33,460 bases of DNA from IMG/VR virus record IMGVR_UViG_3300014656_000085, positions 1-33,460 of that record; one strand, 5' to 3'. Source of the stretch: a virus. Its lineage: Duplodnaviria; Caudoviricetes. Under the pieces are notes generated by a model that ran no database searches, was not told the origin of the DNA, and saw only the letters and a list, made by a program, of their open reading frames with translations. This document shows, piece by piece, positions 32,260 through 33,460 of the stretch. The stretch's first letter is position 1, and every line of letters begins with the position of its first letter. The position numbers and the translations under genes were made by a program.

Positions 32260-33300
32260 TTGGGCGGCGCAGTTTTTACTCCTCGGTTGGGAAGCTGGAA
32301 GTTCTATAATGGCACAGGATGGGCGACGCAGGAAGCCGCCATAACTGGCGTGCAGAACAATCAAGCGCTTAGGCTTCGCCTCTGCGTTCATGAGACAGGC
32401 GGCAAGGCTGGCAGTAACTTAGACGTTCAGATGGTGTATTCCACAAGCAGCGACTTAAGCGGCGCTGTAACGTTTGGTGCGCCCTCTGATACGGATAAAG
32501 TGTTCAGGTGGCGGGACGACGCTGGAGTAACTGAACATGCCGCAATCGTTGGAACACAATTATCTTGCTATACTGAGTCAGGTTTAAGCCATGAACAAAC
32601 ATGCGTTAACAGCACGGACGTAGGCGCGAGTGCGCATAACGAACTTGAAGTAATCTTTGAACCCTACGATTTAGCTAGTTCCATCACATACTATTTCGGG
32701 CTTGTTCTTGAATCTGCAACGTTGGCTAAGGACGCAGAAATCACAGTTTACCCCAACCTCACAAGCGGCTCCATAAGCACTTCCCATTACCAAACCGTAA
32801 CTGACATAGCGGGCTTAACAGATTCCGTGACCAAAGTTCAAGCAGCACATAAAACCGTCACTGACCTCGCAGGGTTACTGGATTCAGCCGTCGCCGCTTT
32901 AGCCACAGGACAAACAGTCACAGACTTAGCGGGATTGCTTGACAGCATCTCAGCTGCTGTTGGCTTCACAGTAACCGCAAGTGACTTAACAGGTCTTTTA
33001 GACTCTGTAACGTTAAAACAGAACTTTAAAGGTTCAGCGTTAGACATCGCTGGTTTACTTGACAGCGTCGGCGTCGTCCACACGCCTAGCGGTGGAGGCA
33101 CCCCTAACTATGAAACAATATCTGATATTGCTGGGCTTGTCGACTCAATAACAGCAGTTAACTATGATGGCACGCCTTCAGCACCAACAATCACAGCGCC
33201 CTCGGGGTATCGCCCATCAAGGCGGATACGTAGGCACCGAAAAGTGTACGCGTTAATTAAAGAGTATTTGGAGTTAAAACAAAATGTCGAATCTGATTGA
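32260..33300 (+). CDS. Putative fibre-like structural protein with 20-aa repeats
   Basis: Beta-rich N-terminal domain, then six D.(A/T)GL.DS repeats. Confidence 0.65.
   Translation: MGGAVFTPRLGSWKFYNGTGWATQEAAITGVQNNQALRLRLCVHETGGKAGSNLDVQMVYSTSSDLSGAVTFGAPSDTDKVFRWRDDAGVTEHAAIVGTQLSCYTESGLSHEQTCVNSTDVGASAHNELEVIFEPYDLASSITYYFGLVLESATLAKDAEITVYPNLTSGSISTSHYQTVTDIAGLTDSVTKVQAAHKTVTDLAGLLDSAVAALATGQTVTDLAGLLDSISAAVGFTVTASDLTGLLDSVTLKQNFKGSALDIAGLLDSVGVVHTPSGGGTPNYETISDIAGLVDSITAVNYDGTPSAPTITAPSGYRPSRRIRRHRKVYALIKEYLELKQNVESD
32791..33165 (+). repeat. 6 x about 60-nt coding repeat (xTVTDxAGLLDS)
   Basis: Five units at a 20-aa period plus a sixth after a short linker. Confidence 0.9.
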
Positions 33301-33460
33301 AACCTTCAATATACCCATTTACGAATGGAAAACCGTGGACGCTGGACAGCGGACAATACGCATTAAAGGCGTAGCATTACGCGGCGACGTAGTCAGCAAG
33401 AACAACCGCAAGTACACGCGGGAAGCCTTAATGAAAGCCACAAACACATGGATTAATAAA
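33284..33460 (+). CDS. Prohead maturation protease N-terminus (3'-truncated by window)
   Basis: Hand-translated MSNLIETF...IRIKGVAL...VSKNNRKYTREALMKA...WINK; the G.A.....S.N.R.Y..E.L motif fits phage prohead proteases. Confidence 0.75.
   Translation, partial: MSNLIETFNIPIYEWKTVDAGQRTIRIKGVALRGDVVSKNNRKYTREALMKATNTWINK

Noticed and set aside
33400-33460. Terminal direct repeat matching the window start
   Set aside because: No overlap is visible between the last and first bases, so circularity is inferred only from gene order.
1-33460. tRNA, rRNA, integrase/att site or IS element
   Set aside because: I recognised no T-loop/cloverleaf, recombinase or transposase motif by eye; tRNAscan-SE and HMM searches would be needed to exclude them formally.

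Overview
The window is an apparently near-complete, circularly permuted genome of a tailed (HK97-fold, Caudoviricetes-type) virus. The host is most likely archaeal, judging by AAAGCTTAAATA-type BRE/TATA promoters, GGTGA ribosome-binding sites, RHH regulators and many small Zn-ribbon proteins; Bathyarchaeia is only a guess. The + strand late operon runs terS-terL-portal-MuF-like-accessory structural genes-prohead protease, is cut by the window end, and resumes at base 1 with scaffold, MCP1, HNH, cement protein, MCP2, methyltransferase, adaptor, glycan-active and fibre proteins and a very reduced tail module (to about 14260). A - strand block (14260-21889) holds many small, partly paralogous genes, a radical SAM protein and an ASCH protein. 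A divergent + strand block from 22107 contains a membrane protein / TRAFAC GTPase / GAP1-N2-like / InlB-B-repeat module. The most notable points are this virus-borne GTPase system, two tandem divergent major capsid genes, an HNH inserted at the MCP1 3' end with a synonymously recoded duplicate C-terminus, a collapsed siphovirus-like tail (no recognisable tube gene, 106-aa tape-measure-like protein, a probable triple fusion), and micro-ORF cassettes with shared flanks. I recognised no polymerase, helicase, integrase, tRNA or CRISPR array. All family calls come from motif reading by eye, not database searches.
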